Assembly (NCBI GenBank): GCA_038063735.1 | Contig: JBBTUN010000008.1 | Coordinates: 29,141 to 64,931 of the forward strand | Reading direction: 5' to 3' | Length of the DNA stretch: 35,791 nucleotides | DNA from: Patescibacteria group bacterium | GTDB lineage: Bacteria > Patescibacteriota > Microgenomatia > Curtissbacterales > GWA2-41-24 | Part shown: piece after piece, positions 19,054 to 28,791 of the stretch | Position numbering within the stretch: position 1 is the stretch's first letter | How the letters are laid out: each line of letters opens with the position of its first letter | Made by a program: the position numbers and the translations under genes | Notes under the pieces: model-generated | Told to the model about the DNA's origin: nothing | Seen by the model: only the letters and a program-made list of their open reading frames with translations | Databases searched by the model: none

Positions 19054-20547
19054 TCTTACAGCAACGTTACTATAAAACGTTAGAAGTCCACCTGCCGGTG
19101 TGTTGGCACCTGTAACTCTTTCTTGTACTTTCATTTGGTCGGCTGGGCCTTCTTTCCTGGCTTTGATTTCTTTATTTATTCTGAATTGTTTTATTACTTC
19201 GCCCTGACCTTTAAATGCCTCGACAACTGTTGGGTTGCCGGCAAGATATTCTCTTTCCAGAAATATTTTTGCTGCGGCTACTGATAAATTTTCAAAAGCC
19301 TCTCCTTTTGTAAAACCTGTCATCTTGAATGTGTCTGAGGCGGATGACGTCCTTGCCATATTTTGTTGGGTTAAAACTGCGCCATTTTCTCTGATACTTT
19401 TGTAAACTTGAGCCATCAGCGGATTTTCTGAAAGTTTGTCGACCATAGCTTGGTTTCTGTCTAGCGTTGGAATTGCATCAGCAATGTAGTCTACTTTTTG
19501 AAGCATTTCGGGGGAATTTGCATACGTATGAATTTCATTCAGTTGAGTTTGAATTTGAAGCATAAATGGATTAGGAGTTTTGTCTGCCTCGCTATTTAAC
19601 CCGGATAGAAAAATTTCCAGCATTCTTTTACGGCTACAGGCCATTTGTTCCTCGACGGTAGCGTCTGCTTGCGGGTATTCGGTTCCACCTTTCATTTTAT
19701 CGGAGAAATATTCGGCGAAAAAGTCTTGGTAGTCGGCAAGACCCCAATTTAGGTCGTGCGATGCATTTTCTTCGATTTGTTTTGCTTCTTCATATTCTTC
19801 CGGAGTTAAAATGGTTTTCCAATACTCTCCGTTTGCGCTGTTACTAAAGTAATGGCCAACTTCATGATCCAGTTCTGCAAGGGATAAAGTTGCTTCTGCG
19901 TCACCTCTATGGTCGGCGCGCAGAAGGATTTTTGGACCGCCATTTTCCAAACCCAAAAAGTAATCGTTTGCCTGACCTGAATCTATGGATTCCTGGGTAG
20001 GAAAATATAACTTAACTTTTAGATTGCCAACTTTTGGGAACTTGTTTAATTCTTCTGTAATTTTTTGTGTATATTGTTCAACTTTTAAACCAGACGGTAG
20101 GGGTTTTCCTTCTGCCTGTAAAGCTTTCATTTGGTCGTCAAGCTCTATTTGGTATCCATAACGCGCTCTGTCTGTTTCTGCTGTGGCGGTCGCTTCCGGC
20201 GTTTCTGATGGCTGAGCTGTTTTGGTTGTTTCCGCAGTTTTTGTAATCATTGATTCGACAGTTGCGGTTTGGGAGGGTATTGGTGTTTCGGTTGCATGAA
20301 CCACGTTTTCGCCGGGGGTAAAAACGACACTAGTTGGGCTTTCGACATTTTGACGACCACCCGGCGCGCAGGCGGCTGCCAGCAGTGTTGCGGCGACCGG
20401 GAGTGTGATTACTCCGCGATGAAGGTAGTTACCCAAGCGTTTTAGACTGTTAGGTTGATTATCTGTTGTTTTGAGTCCGGGCGAGGGTTTTTCGCTGTTT
20501 TTAACGATTAGATCTGGGTTCTTTTGAGTTTCGGGAGTTGCGTTCAC
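19042..20547 (-). CDS. Putative lipoprotein with HExxH motif
   Basis: Lipobox LAAAC after an extended N-terminus, Thr/Pro linker, LDHEVGH; extended -10 TGCTAAAAT lies 6 nt before the GTG. Confidence 0.82.
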   Translation of the reverse strand: MNATPETQKNPDLIVKNSEKPSPGLKTTDNQPNSLKRLGNYLHRGVITLPVAATLLAAACAPGGRQNVESPTSVVFTPGENVVHATETPIPSQTATVESMITKTAETTKTAQPSETPEATATAETDRARYGYQIELDDQMKALQAEGKPLPSGLKVEQYTQKITEELNKFPKVGNLKVKLYFPTQESIDSGQANDYFLGLENGGPKILLRADHRGDAEATLSLAELDHEVGHYFSNSANGEYWKTILTPEEYEEAKQIEENASHDLNWGLADYQDFFAEYFSDKMKGGTEYPQADATVEEQMACSRKRMLEIFLSGLNSEADKTPNPFMLQIQTQLNEIHTYANSPEMLQKVDYIADAIPTLDRNQAMVDKLSENPLMAQVYKSIRENGAVLTQQNMARTSSASDTFKMTGFTKGEAFENLSVAAAKIFLEREYLAGNPTVVEAFKGQGEVIKQFRINKEIKARKEGPADQMKVQERVTGANTPAGGLLTFYSNVAVRLSR

Positions 20548-20580
20548 AGGTTAATTTTAGCACGAGAAGGTAAAAAGGGC

Positions 20581-22041
20581 TTAGGGTTTAGGGTAATAGG
20601 GGTCAGTGTCCACCAGACCGGTTGCTATATTGAAGTTGTCATATCTAAGCTGTGCTCCCGGGCTTAGCGGTTGATGACTGCTTGTGGCTTTGTTGGCTCT
20701 GTTAAATTCTTTCAACATGTCCAGGTAAGGGGTAAGTGAGGTTTTTTCGCCGCTTAACAAGGTGTCACTATATAACCTGGCGAACTTCTCGTGGTCCGCG
20801 GATCTTAGCCTTTGCTTATAAACTCTTTCGATAGCAGCCTGCTTTTCGGGAGGAAAGGCGGCGATGGTTGCGTCGAGTTCGCCCATGACATATTTTTCTA
20901 AAAGAACCAACTCGGTTTCTTTAAAGAGAACTTGCCACCATTCTTTTTCGGTAACCCCCAGAAGAGAAGACTGAGAGCCAAGCTGTGTTGTCCAGTTTAC
21001 GTTTTTCTCTTCAAACATACTTTCGTTTCTTTGTTTGCGCCACTGTTTTTCTGCCACTTTAACAAGCGGGCATGAATTGAAAAAAGCGTCAATTTGTTTA
21101 TGACGGAAGGCGTGGAAATTGTAGCTGGTTGTTAACTCTGCAGGGTTGCCGGGTTTGAGGTTGTCTATATAGTCCTGCGCAGGTTTCATATCGTCTTCGA
21201 ACGGATTTAATGGAGCATTAGTCAGTGGTTCGCGGCCGCCTATCCATGCAAGATTGGCGCTGATGTCGCTTGCTGCGGCGATTTGCTCGGTAGTAGCGCC
21301 GGCTGTGGGAATTGTCTGCACGCCCGTTTTGCCTTTTATCACCTTTTCTACAGAAGGATAGTCGCGGCCCCAAATAGGGTCGGCAAGTGCGTCTTGGCGA
21401 AGCTGCAATAACTTGTCGATTTGCTCGGGGGTAAAGTGCTTTTTGAAGTAGTCGTTGTTACTTTCGACATCTAAAATATGGGCAACTTGGGCGGCGACTT
21501 CGTATTTTTCAGTGTTTTTGTCTACGTGGTCGCGACCAACAAAAAGCCTGGCCTGCGCTGCCTCCGAATTATCTTTGGTTCCTGGCACGATTATTGCCTG
21601 TATGGGGGCGAAAAGCGGTGAGATGTCGACTATCTCTTTTATAGTATTTCGCGTTTCTTCTAGCGTTCTTCCGGACCTGGAGATATTGTCTGTGATTTGC
21701 GGGTCGACTAGAATTTCTGCCCTGGGGGTTGGGGTGGCAGTTGGTGCCTTTTCTGTTGGAGTTTTGGCGGGTTCATAAGTTTTTGTAGCTGAATAGTTTG
21801 AAGTGGTTGGTGAAGTCTCGTCTGTGGGGATGGCTCTTGTTTTTAGCGCTTCGTCTACGCCAGTTGGTGATATTTCACCACTTATTTTCTTGGAATCTTT
21901 CTCACAAGCGGATGTGAATAGTGTCAGCGCAACTGTTGCCGGTAGAGCGCCATAACCTAGCCATCTCTGGATTCGGGACGGTTTATTTTGAATGTTTTCC
22001 GGCGGAACTGCTAACTCTGATTGCTCGGGTGAGTTTGTCAT
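20581..22041 (-). CDS. Putative lipoprotein, paralog of the adjacent gene with degenerate HExxH
   Basis: Lipobox FTSAC, TP linker, AAQVAH; shares YF/WK...TPE...D..WG and AT.EQ.A.S...NPF blocks with 19042..20547. Confidence 0.82.
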   Translation of the reverse strand: MTNSPEQSELAVPPENIQNKPSRIQRWLGYGALPATVALTLFTSACEKDSKKISGEISPTGVDEALKTRAIPTDETSPTTSNYSATKTYEPAKTPTEKAPTATPTPRAEILVDPQITDNISRSGRTLEETRNTIKEIVDISPLFAPIQAIIVPGTKDNSEAAQARLFVGRDHVDKNTEKYEVAAQVAHILDVESNNDYFKKHFTPEQIDKLLQLRQDALADPIWGRDYPSVEKVIKGKTGVQTIPTAGATTEQIAAASDISANLAWIGGREPLTNAPLNPFEDDMKPAQDYIDNLKPGNPAELTTSYNFHAFRHKQIDAFFNSCPLVKVAEKQWRKQRNESMFEEKNVNWTTQLGSQSSLLGVTEKEWWQVLFKETELVLLEKYVMGELDATIAAFPPEKQAAIERVYKQRLRSADHEKFARLYSDTLLSGEKTSLTPYLDMLKEFNRANKATSSHQPLSPGAQLRYDNFNIATGLVDTDPYYPKP

Positions 22042-22109
22042 GCGTTCATTTTATCATTTTTTAGCAAAAAGACTTGAAGTTTAGTGTTTAGTGCATATAC
22101 AGTGAAGTT

Positions 22110-22517
22110 ATGGAGATTTTAAAAAGGGTATTTATATTTTTTGGCTTATTTGTGCTGTTTGTGGCCAGTTATATGCTAATTACTGCCGGAAGTAAATACG
22201 GAAGTGACGCAACCGGCAGTGGGGGGATTTTGACATATTTGGGTTTTAAAAAAACTGTTCCGCCGGCGCCTGCTGTCCGAAACATTAATAATTTGGAAAG
22301 TCTGCCAGGTGAGATTGAAAAGAATGGGCAAGTGCAAGAGAAGCCGCCGGAGGGCACATATTCACCGGAGCCTTCACCTCAGGGCAGCCCTTCAATGACG
22401 TATTCTTACCCAGGTCCAGATGTGACTTCTACAGGGACTTTTTCACCTATTCCGACGCCAACCCCAACTCCAAGCAGCGGATATTACGTGCGACAGGCCC
22501 CTATAGATACATTTTGA
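22110..22517 (+). CDS. Hypothetical single-TM Pro/Thr-rich protein
   Basis: N-terminal hydrophobic helix and PTPTP tail; first gene of the com cluster. Confidence 0.7.
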   Translation: MEILKRVFIFFGLFVLFVASYMLITAGSKYGSDATGSGGILTYLGFKKTVPPAPAVRNINNLESLPGEIEKNGQVQEKPPEGTYSPEPSPQGSPSMTYSYPGPDVTSTGTFSPIPTPTPTPSSGYYVRQAPIDTF

Positions 22518-22518
22518 T

Positions 22519-22941
22519 ATGACCTGCGGCGACTTATTAACAAATCAGAAAATGCGGATATTTTCGGGAGCCCTTTTGTTTGTGGGTATTTTTACGCTGG
22601 CTCTTGGCGTGGGCATATTTTATATGGGTACAAATAAAACTGATGACATAAAAGTAATATCTGCCGGCGAAACGTCCGCAGATGTGTATAGTCAAAGTCC
22701 CTTACAAAACAAGCAAAGTGAAAAGTTGGGACAGGTGGCAGGTGAGCTGACAGGTAGTTTGATAAATGTTAATACAGCCACTGCTGCCGAACTGGATAAA
22801 CTTTCCGGTGTTGGCCCTGTTACCAGCGGTAAAATTATCGCCAATCGCCCATATTCTTCTTTGGAACAGCTCGTTCTTAAGGGGGCTATTTCCAGATCCC
22901 TGCTCATCAAAATTAGCAGTCAAATTACTGCCGGGGAGTGA
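22519..22941 (+). CDS. comEA: Competence DNA receptor ComEA (helix-hairpin-helix)
   Basis: TM anchor plus INVNTATAAELDKLSGVGPVTSGKIIANRPY. Confidence 0.9.
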   Translation: MTCGDLLTNQKMRIFSGALLFVGIFTLALGVGIFYMGTNKTDDIKVISAGETSADVYSQSPLQNKQSEKLGQVAGELTGSLINVNTATAAELDKLSGVGPVTSGKIIANRPYSSLEQLVLKGAISRSLLIKISSQITAGE

Positions 22942-24155
22942 TACGACCAGTACAATTTCAAAAATACGGTTTTTTACTTTTTTATTTACTGCTTGCCCTT
23001 GCCGTTGTACTTAGGATTTATACATTTCGTCCGCGAACCTTGCCAATAAATACTCTTTTAAAGTTTGAAGCGACTATTTCCAGTGAGGTTGAAAGCCGTC
23101 CGATGAGTCAAAAGATCAAGGTTTTGAATTTGCGAATTTATGCGCCAAATTATCCAAAATATAAGCTTGGAGATAGACTTATAATCGAAGGCAAGGTTGA
23201 CGGGGAGGGTAATGTTTTTAGCCCAGAGATTACAAAAATTGGTGAGCGGGCAAGTATAAAGGCGAACCTTAACGACTTTCGGGATACGATCCTGTCGCGG
23301 GTAAGTGCCTTGCTGCCGTCGCGCGAAGCGGCGCTGGTTGTTGGGGCTCTGATTGGTGTGGACAGGATCCCCGAAGATTTTAAGGTACAACTAATTAAAA
23401 CCGGCACAATCCATGTTGTGGTTGTTTCGGGGCAAAATTTAATGATAGTTGCCGGAGTTTTTATTTCTTTATCTAAATACTTAGGAAGAAGATTAAGTTT
23501 GTTTTTTTCGTGCCTGGCAGTACTTTGTTATGCGTTTTTTACAGGGTTTGAGCCGCCGGTTGTGCGGGCGCTGATTATGGTTTTTACAACGACTGTGGCG
23601 CTGTATTTAGGCCGTACATCCGGCGCGTTGTTTTCCATTTTTTTGTCGGGGTCTGTGATACTTTTAATTTGGCCGGACGCATTGACAACACCGTCCTTTT
23701 TGCTGACCTTTGCGGCAACTTTGGGGATTGTAACTCTGGGGCAAATGCTCTCCGGTTTCTTTTCCAAGGTGCCGGTTGTTGGTGAGAATGCGGCGGTATC
23801 GCTATCTGCTTTTATTTTTACGGCACCGGTAATTTTATACTTTTTTGGGAGTATTTCACTACTGGCGCCTCTGGTCAACATACTGGTTCTTGAGGCTGTT
23901 TTTCCGATAATGCTTTTTGGATTTTTGTTGTTTGTAACAAGCGTTATTTTTACACCTGTTGCCCAAATCTTTGCATTTTTAACATATTTGCCGGCTCATT
24001 ATTTTTCTGCTGTTGTGGATTTTTTCTCAAAATTTGATGTTGGATATATAAAGGGTTTTGCCGGTAATCTTTATTTGACGATTTTTTTGTATGTTTTAGT
24101 TTTTGGGCTCATGCTTATTTGGAGAGGGGAAAGAGACGTAAGCCGTGCAAAGTAA
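22938..24155 (+). CDS. comEC: ComEC/Rec2 membrane channel domain
   Basis: TGTIHVVVVSGQN, PPVVRALIM, SFLLTFAATLG, multiple TM helices. Confidence 0.92.
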   Translation: MIRPVQFQKYGFLLFYLLLALAVVLRIYTFRPRTLPINTLLKFEATISSEVESRPMSQKIKVLNLRIYAPNYPKYKLGDRLIIEGKVDGEGNVFSPEITKIGERASIKANLNDFRDTILSRVSALLPSREAALVVGALIGVDRIPEDFKVQLIKTGTIHVVVVSGQNLMIVAGVFISLSKYLGRRLSLFFSCLAVLCYAFFTGFEPPVVRALIMVFTTTVALYLGRTSGALFSIFLSGSVILLIWPDALTTPSFLLTFAATLGIVTLGQMLSGFFSKVPVVGENAAVSLSAFIFTAPVILYFFGSISLLAPLVNILVLEAVFPIMLFGFLLFVTSVIFTPVAQIFAFLTYLPAHYFSAVVDFFSKFDVGYIKGFAGNLYLTIFLYVLVFGLMLIWRGERDVSRAK

Positions 24156-25008
24156 AATATTTTTGACACTGTCGTTTATCTTTATTTTGGGCGGGTTCTC
24201 GCTTATCCGGCAAAGCTCTGGCCAGAAAATAGAAGAGAAGTTTGTCTTTTGCGACATTGGCCAGGGAGACGGTTTTGTTTACATAACTTCCGGGGGATCG
24301 CAGATTGTTTTTGATAGCGGGCCGGGCGTAAAAATTACAAATTGTTTGGACAGGATCATGCCTTTTGGGGACAGAAAAATAGAAGCCATGCTTCTTACCC
24401 ACCCTCAGCAGGATCATATGCAAGGCCAAATTAATGTGTTCGAAAATTTCCAGGTGGAGAGAGTTTTCTATACCGGGGTTATGGCCAGTTCTCAGGTATT
24501 TAACGAGTGGTTAAGGCTGGCAAATGCGGAGAAAGCGCAAATTGTAAATTTAAAAAGAGGAGACGAGGTAACTGCCGGAGCTGCAACCTTTGAAGTGCTT
24601 TGGCCACCTGAGGAAGATGAAAAAGTGTGGAAAGAGGAGCCGCCTGACGACCTTAACGAATCTTCTTATGTGGTGAGGTTAGATGAAGGGAAATTTTGTG
24701 CGTATTTAACTGGAGACGTTCCCAAAGAAATTATGGCGCTACTTGTTACCAAACCTTGTCAGCTCTTAAAGGTGGGCCATCATGGTTCAAAAACTGCTAC
24801 AGATTCTTTTGTTGTGGGCAAAGTATTGCCTAAGATTGCTGTAATTCAGGTTGGTGCGAATAACAGGTTTGGTCACCCAAACGGGGAAGCGCTGACGGCT
24901 CTTTCACAAGTGGGCGCCAAAATTTTAAGAAACGATATTAACGGGGACATTGAAGTTTTATTTAATGCCGAGAATGGAGAAATTAGATATAAAACGCAGA
25001 AAAATTAA
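24145..25008 (+). CDS. ComEC-associated metallo-beta-lactamase-fold protein (split C-terminal domain)
   Basis: DIGQGD, LTHPQQDHMQG, LNESS, TGD, KVGHHGS, NRFGHP; has its own N-terminal TM helix. Confidence 0.9.
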   Translation: MQSKIFLTLSFIFILGGFSLIRQSSGQKIEEKFVFCDIGQGDGFVYITSGGSQIVFDSGPGVKITNCLDRIMPFGDRKIEAMLLTHPQQDHMQGQINVFENFQVERVFYTGVMASSQVFNEWLRLANAEKAQIVNLKRGDEVTAGAATFEVLWPPEEDEKVWKEEPPDDLNESSYVVRLDEGKFCAYLTGDVPKEIMALLVTKPCQLLKVGHHGSKTATDSFVVGKVLPKIAVIQVGANNRFGHPNGEALTALSQVGAKILRNDINGDIEVLFNAENGEIRYKTQKN

Positions 25009-25078
25009 GAATCACAATTGACAATTTTGACAAGTCAAATTATAAGTCACATACTGAAGTTAGGTTAAACTTTTTGAT

Positions 25079-26566
25079 GTGCCTGCCGTTGTGAGTAAAA
25101 TTGCCCAATATCCCCATAGAACACTTGCTATCGCCGGACTTTTTACGTTGTTTTTAGTAATCCCGCTTTCGGCAATCGTTGTTTTTTCTACTGTGCAAAA
25201 GAGCGGGACTGGGGCCAAAGCGGCCAGCATCCCTACTTTTACGGTTAGTAACGTCACCCAAATTGCCAAGGAAATTGGTCCAGACGGAAATAATTCAACG
25301 CAAAATGTTGATGTCTGCGGAGCAGACTTGGGAAGCATGTTTGACTGGAACGGTAAGGTTTATAACGTTTTTGGGGACACGTTTGGCTGTCCTTTGAACC
25401 CGACGCAGCCCAACTGGCGAAGCAATGCCCTGGCGACAAGTGTCGACACCAACCCTACCGACGGAATAACTTTTGACAATTGGATTAAAGGTGTAGACGG
25501 CAAAGCTAAGGAGCTTATTGCCAACGACCCTGTTTCATCGACCGAAACGGCAATTCCGACCTATGGTGTAAGCGTTGGCACAATTGGCTATTTATATTAT
25601 TTTGAAGGTCAAATTGCTCCGAGTTGGACTTGCAGTTATTCATCCGTTGCAAAATCTACAGATGGTGGTCAAAACTGGACAAAGCTGACAAATCTTAAAT
25701 GGGATCCCGGAAACTTTAACCAAGTGGCGATATACAAGAAGGACGGTTATGTATATTTCTTCGGTATTCCCTGTGCGCGGGCAGGGGAAGCAAAAATGAT
25801 GCGGGTTTTGGAGGGATCAATTGAGAGCAAATCAGCTTACGAATATTTAACCGGATATGACGCAATAAGTAATCCGGTATGGACGGTTAACGCGGAAAGT
25901 TCAGCGGTATCTATTGTGCCTGCGCCGGTTGGGGAATTAAGTGTGCGGTTTAATAATTATCTGGGGCAATATATCATGATGTACCTTAAGGACGTTTCCC
26001 CCTATACAATTGAAATCCGGTCTGCACCCAACCTTTGGGGGCCATGGGGTGAACCCCAGGTGGTTACAACCGGATCTACTTACCCTTGTGTTTATGCCCC
26101 TTACATGCGCGAAGGTTACGACGAAAACAACGGCCAGACCGTTTATTTTAGAATGTCCCGGTTTTGTCCGGGTTTTGACCCTTACAGCACTTATTGGATG
26201 AAAATGACGTTAAATGTGAATGGTCCTATTCCGACGTCTTCGCCGAGCTTTAGTCCAAGCCCAACACCAACTAACTTGTTGCCCCCCTGTTATTTCACGG
26301 ATTCAACGGGAGCACAATGGGGATATGGAGACGTTAACAATAATAATGTGTTAAACGCAGCTGATGCAACTTTGGTCCTTCGAAGTTACTTTGGCATAGA
26401 TCCACCATTGACAGGTGATGCTTTTAAGGCGGGAGATGTTAATGGTAATAATATTTTAAACGCGTCGGACGCAACGCTTATTAAACAATACGTTTTTGGC
26501 ATTACAACCACTTTTAAGGCCTGTACGTCAGTAATACCTACTCTTACTCCGACGCCGTCACCTTGA
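25079..26566 (+). CDS. Secreted DUF4185 (GH183-like) protein with C-terminal dockerin
   Basis: GADLGSMFD...FGDTF...WRSNALA, IPT, PVGELSV.FN.YLG, APNLWGPW, YAPY; dockerin YGDVNNNNVLNAADAT...GDVNGNNILNASDAT. Confidence 0.85.
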   Translation: MPAVVSKIAQYPHRTLAIAGLFTLFLVIPLSAIVVFSTVQKSGTGAKAASIPTFTVSNVTQIAKEIGPDGNNSTQNVDVCGADLGSMFDWNGKVYNVFGDTFGCPLNPTQPNWRSNALATSVDTNPTDGITFDNWIKGVDGKAKELIANDPVSSTETAIPTYGVSVGTIGYLYYFEGQIAPSWTCSYSSVAKSTDGGQNWTKLTNLKWDPGNFNQVAIYKKDGYVYFFGIPCARAGEAKMMRVLEGSIESKSAYEYLTGYDAISNPVWTVNAESSAVSIVPAPVGELSVRFNNYLGQYIMMYLKDVSPYTIEIRSAPNLWGPWGEPQVVTTGSTYPCVYAPYMREGYDENNGQTVYFRMSRFCPGFDPYSTYWMKMTLNVNGPIPTSSPSFSPSPTPTNLLPPCYFTDSTGAQWGYGDVNNNNVLNAADATLVLRSYFGIDPPLTGDAFKAGDVNGNNILNASDATLIKQYVFGITTTFKACTSVIPTLTPTPSP

Positions 26567-26707
26567 ATTTGTGTTCAATCCAGGTTGTTATCTGAGGGTT
26601 TTTGCAAGAAAATTGACCCTGCTGATATAATTGTCGCCCAATGGACGAGCGGTGGACAATAACTTACGTTCGGTGTAGAACTTCAAGGGTTGAAAGTAGG
26701 CGGTGAG

Positions 26708-28702
26708 ATGAAATTTGTCCAAACAAAGTTTAAGCGTGGAATTGTACCCATCATTTTGTTAATTTTAATTCCCTTTTTGGTTACTGGGGTGGCTTATCTA
26801 ATTATTGGCCTGAAGCATCCAGAAAGCTACGCTTTTGGTGCACCAAATATTGATATAACGGCAGAGGCTGTTCAAAAAGTACATCAGATTGCTGTTCCGC
26901 ATACAGACGCTGCTGGAAATTTTAAAAACACCTATGATGCCAGCTCTTTTCTACCTTTGGGTATCTACAACCCAACACTTTGCCAGGTAACAAAAACGTT
27001 AGCATGGACTCCTCAAGGCGGATATAGCGGTGATTACAGGATAAAGGTGAACTATGGTTCAAGCAGGGCTGCCGGGACGTATCTAATTGCAGATATTAAT
27101 GTTGGAAACGTGACTAGTGGCGAAGTGGGGAATTTACCTCCATCATCCAGTCTTTACTATTCGATTTGGCTAAATGGAACTTCGACAGTAATTGCAGAAA
27201 ATCCGTTTACAAGCGATGTTTGTGCGAACGTCGTTGAAGACCAGAATTTGCAGAAGTTGGCAATAGCCGGGTTTAATTTGGCAATTTTGGAAAAGAATGT
27301 TTATCCGGACAGTAATGTGCTTGCAAGGGCACAAAGCTCTGGAGTTAAGCTAATATTGGACATGCGTGACCGGCCAAATGAGATATTTGCGAGCCTAAAA
27401 GATAATACCAATGTTTTTGGGTTTTATGTGGGGGATGACGATTTGGCGCGTGCAAAAGCGCTGAACACTGATTCTGATCCAAATAACAACGTAGACGTAA
27501 ATGCGATTTATAACAACCTAAAAACATATTCGGACAGCTTAGAATCACAAACACAAAAGGTTGTTCTTGAAGCCGAACCTAATATTTCTACCAGCGATGC
27601 CCAGTGGGTACCATGGTACAGCCTGTTTGACAATACAGGCAATGTTTCTTTCCACTATCAATATCCAAAATCGAGTTCACCAATCTTCCCCTGGACTTCA
27701 TTAGTTGAGGTTGCCGACACGGTTTCCCACCAGGTTCAACTCAACGGAGACACTCGTCCAAGCTGGTTTATTGAACAGGCCATAAATCTAAAATGGGTGA
27801 TACCGTTGGAATTTCCAACGCCACCAGAAAGCCGGGCGATGGCGTATACGGCGATAATCCATGGTGCAACCGGATTGTTCCAATTTTCCCACGACGGTTG
27901 GTTGAGACGTCAGCCAAAAGGCAGCCCTGCACCTGCAAACCAGAATGATATTAATTGGTGGGACAGACATGCAGGTATAAAGGGGAATACACCGGTTTCT
28001 TATCCTGGCGGAGACAAGTGGGCTTATTCGGCTTCCTCTGCTGAGCAGGCAGAGAGTATGGCCCTTTGGAATGGTCAGGACGCCAGCCAAAATGGATTGA
28101 ATAAAGAATTGGCAGACTTAAAACAGGTGATTTTAAGTCCAACTGCTACAGACGACTATCAGGTCTTCGTGGACCAACGTCCTTCTGTGATAATTAATAT
28201 TTATCAGGGTCCAATTTCCCCGGCACCTATCCGTACGATGCTTAAAAAAGTTGGAGATTACTGGTATTTGTTTGCGGTAAATATAGACAACCAACCTATT
28301 AATGCGAAGTTTGTGATTAGCAGTAATATATTCACGAACGCACAGGTCTTGTACGAAAATCGAAATGCTACTTTAATACACAATAATGAGATTTCGGAAT
28401 TATTTAATCCGTTTGATGTAAATATTTATAAATTGACCGTTGATCCTGCAACTTCCGCTTGCACCTTTACTAATTCTGCCGGTTTGGTGCAAAAGTATGG
28501 TGATGTAAACAATAATGGAGTCGTAAACGCAGCTGATGCAACTTTGGTTCTGCGAAGTTACTTTGGCATAGATCCACCATTGACAGGTGATGCTTTTAAG
28601 GCGGGAGATGTTAATGGTAATTTTATTTTAAACGCATCCGACGCAACGCTTATTAGGCGGGTTGTTTTTGGAATTGATACAAAATTTCCCGTTTGCCCGT
28701 AG
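26708..28702 (+). CDS. Secreted glycoside-hydrolase-like (putative TIM barrel) protein with C-terminal dockerin
   Basis: KRG|IVPIILLIL N-terminus; FLPLGIY, FGFYVGDD, WFIEQA, PTPPESRAMAYTAIIHGATGLFQF; C-terminal dockerin. The ORF track starts at TTG 26690. Confidence 0.75.
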   Translation: MKFVQTKFKRGIVPIILLILIPFLVTGVAYLIIGLKHPESYAFGAPNIDITAEAVQKVHQIAVPHTDAAGNFKNTYDASSFLPLGIYNPTLCQVTKTLAWTPQGGYSGDYRIKVNYGSSRAAGTYLIADINVGNVTSGEVGNLPPSSSLYYSIWLNGTSTVIAENPFTSDVCANVVEDQNLQKLAIAGFNLAILEKNVYPDSNVLARAQSSGVKLILDMRDRPNEIFASLKDNTNVFGFYVGDDDLARAKALNTDSDPNNNVDVNAIYNNLKTYSDSLESQTQKVVLEAEPNISTSDAQWVPWYSLFDNTGNVSFHYQYPKSSSPIFPWTSLVEVADTVSHQVQLNGDTRPSWFIEQAINLKWVIPLEFPTPPESRAMAYTAIIHGATGLFQFSHDGWLRRQPKGSPAPANQNDINWWDRHAGIKGNTPVSYPGGDKWAYSASSAEQAESMALWNGQDASQNGLNKELADLKQVILSPTATDDYQVFVDQRPSVIINIYQGPISPAPIRTMLKKVGDYWYLFAVNIDNQPINAKFVISSNIFTNAQVLYENRNATLIHNNEISELFNPFDVNIYKLTVDPATSACTFTNSAGLVQKYGDVNNNGVVNAADATLVLRSYFGIDPPLTGDAFKAGDVNGNFILNASDATLIRRVVFGIDTKFPVCP

Positions 28703-28791
28703 GTTTGATTTTTCTTTTCAGGGTTAGAGGCTGATGTATCAGAGGGTGAATTTTGTAAATAAATTGACTGTGCTGATATAATTGTCGCCTG

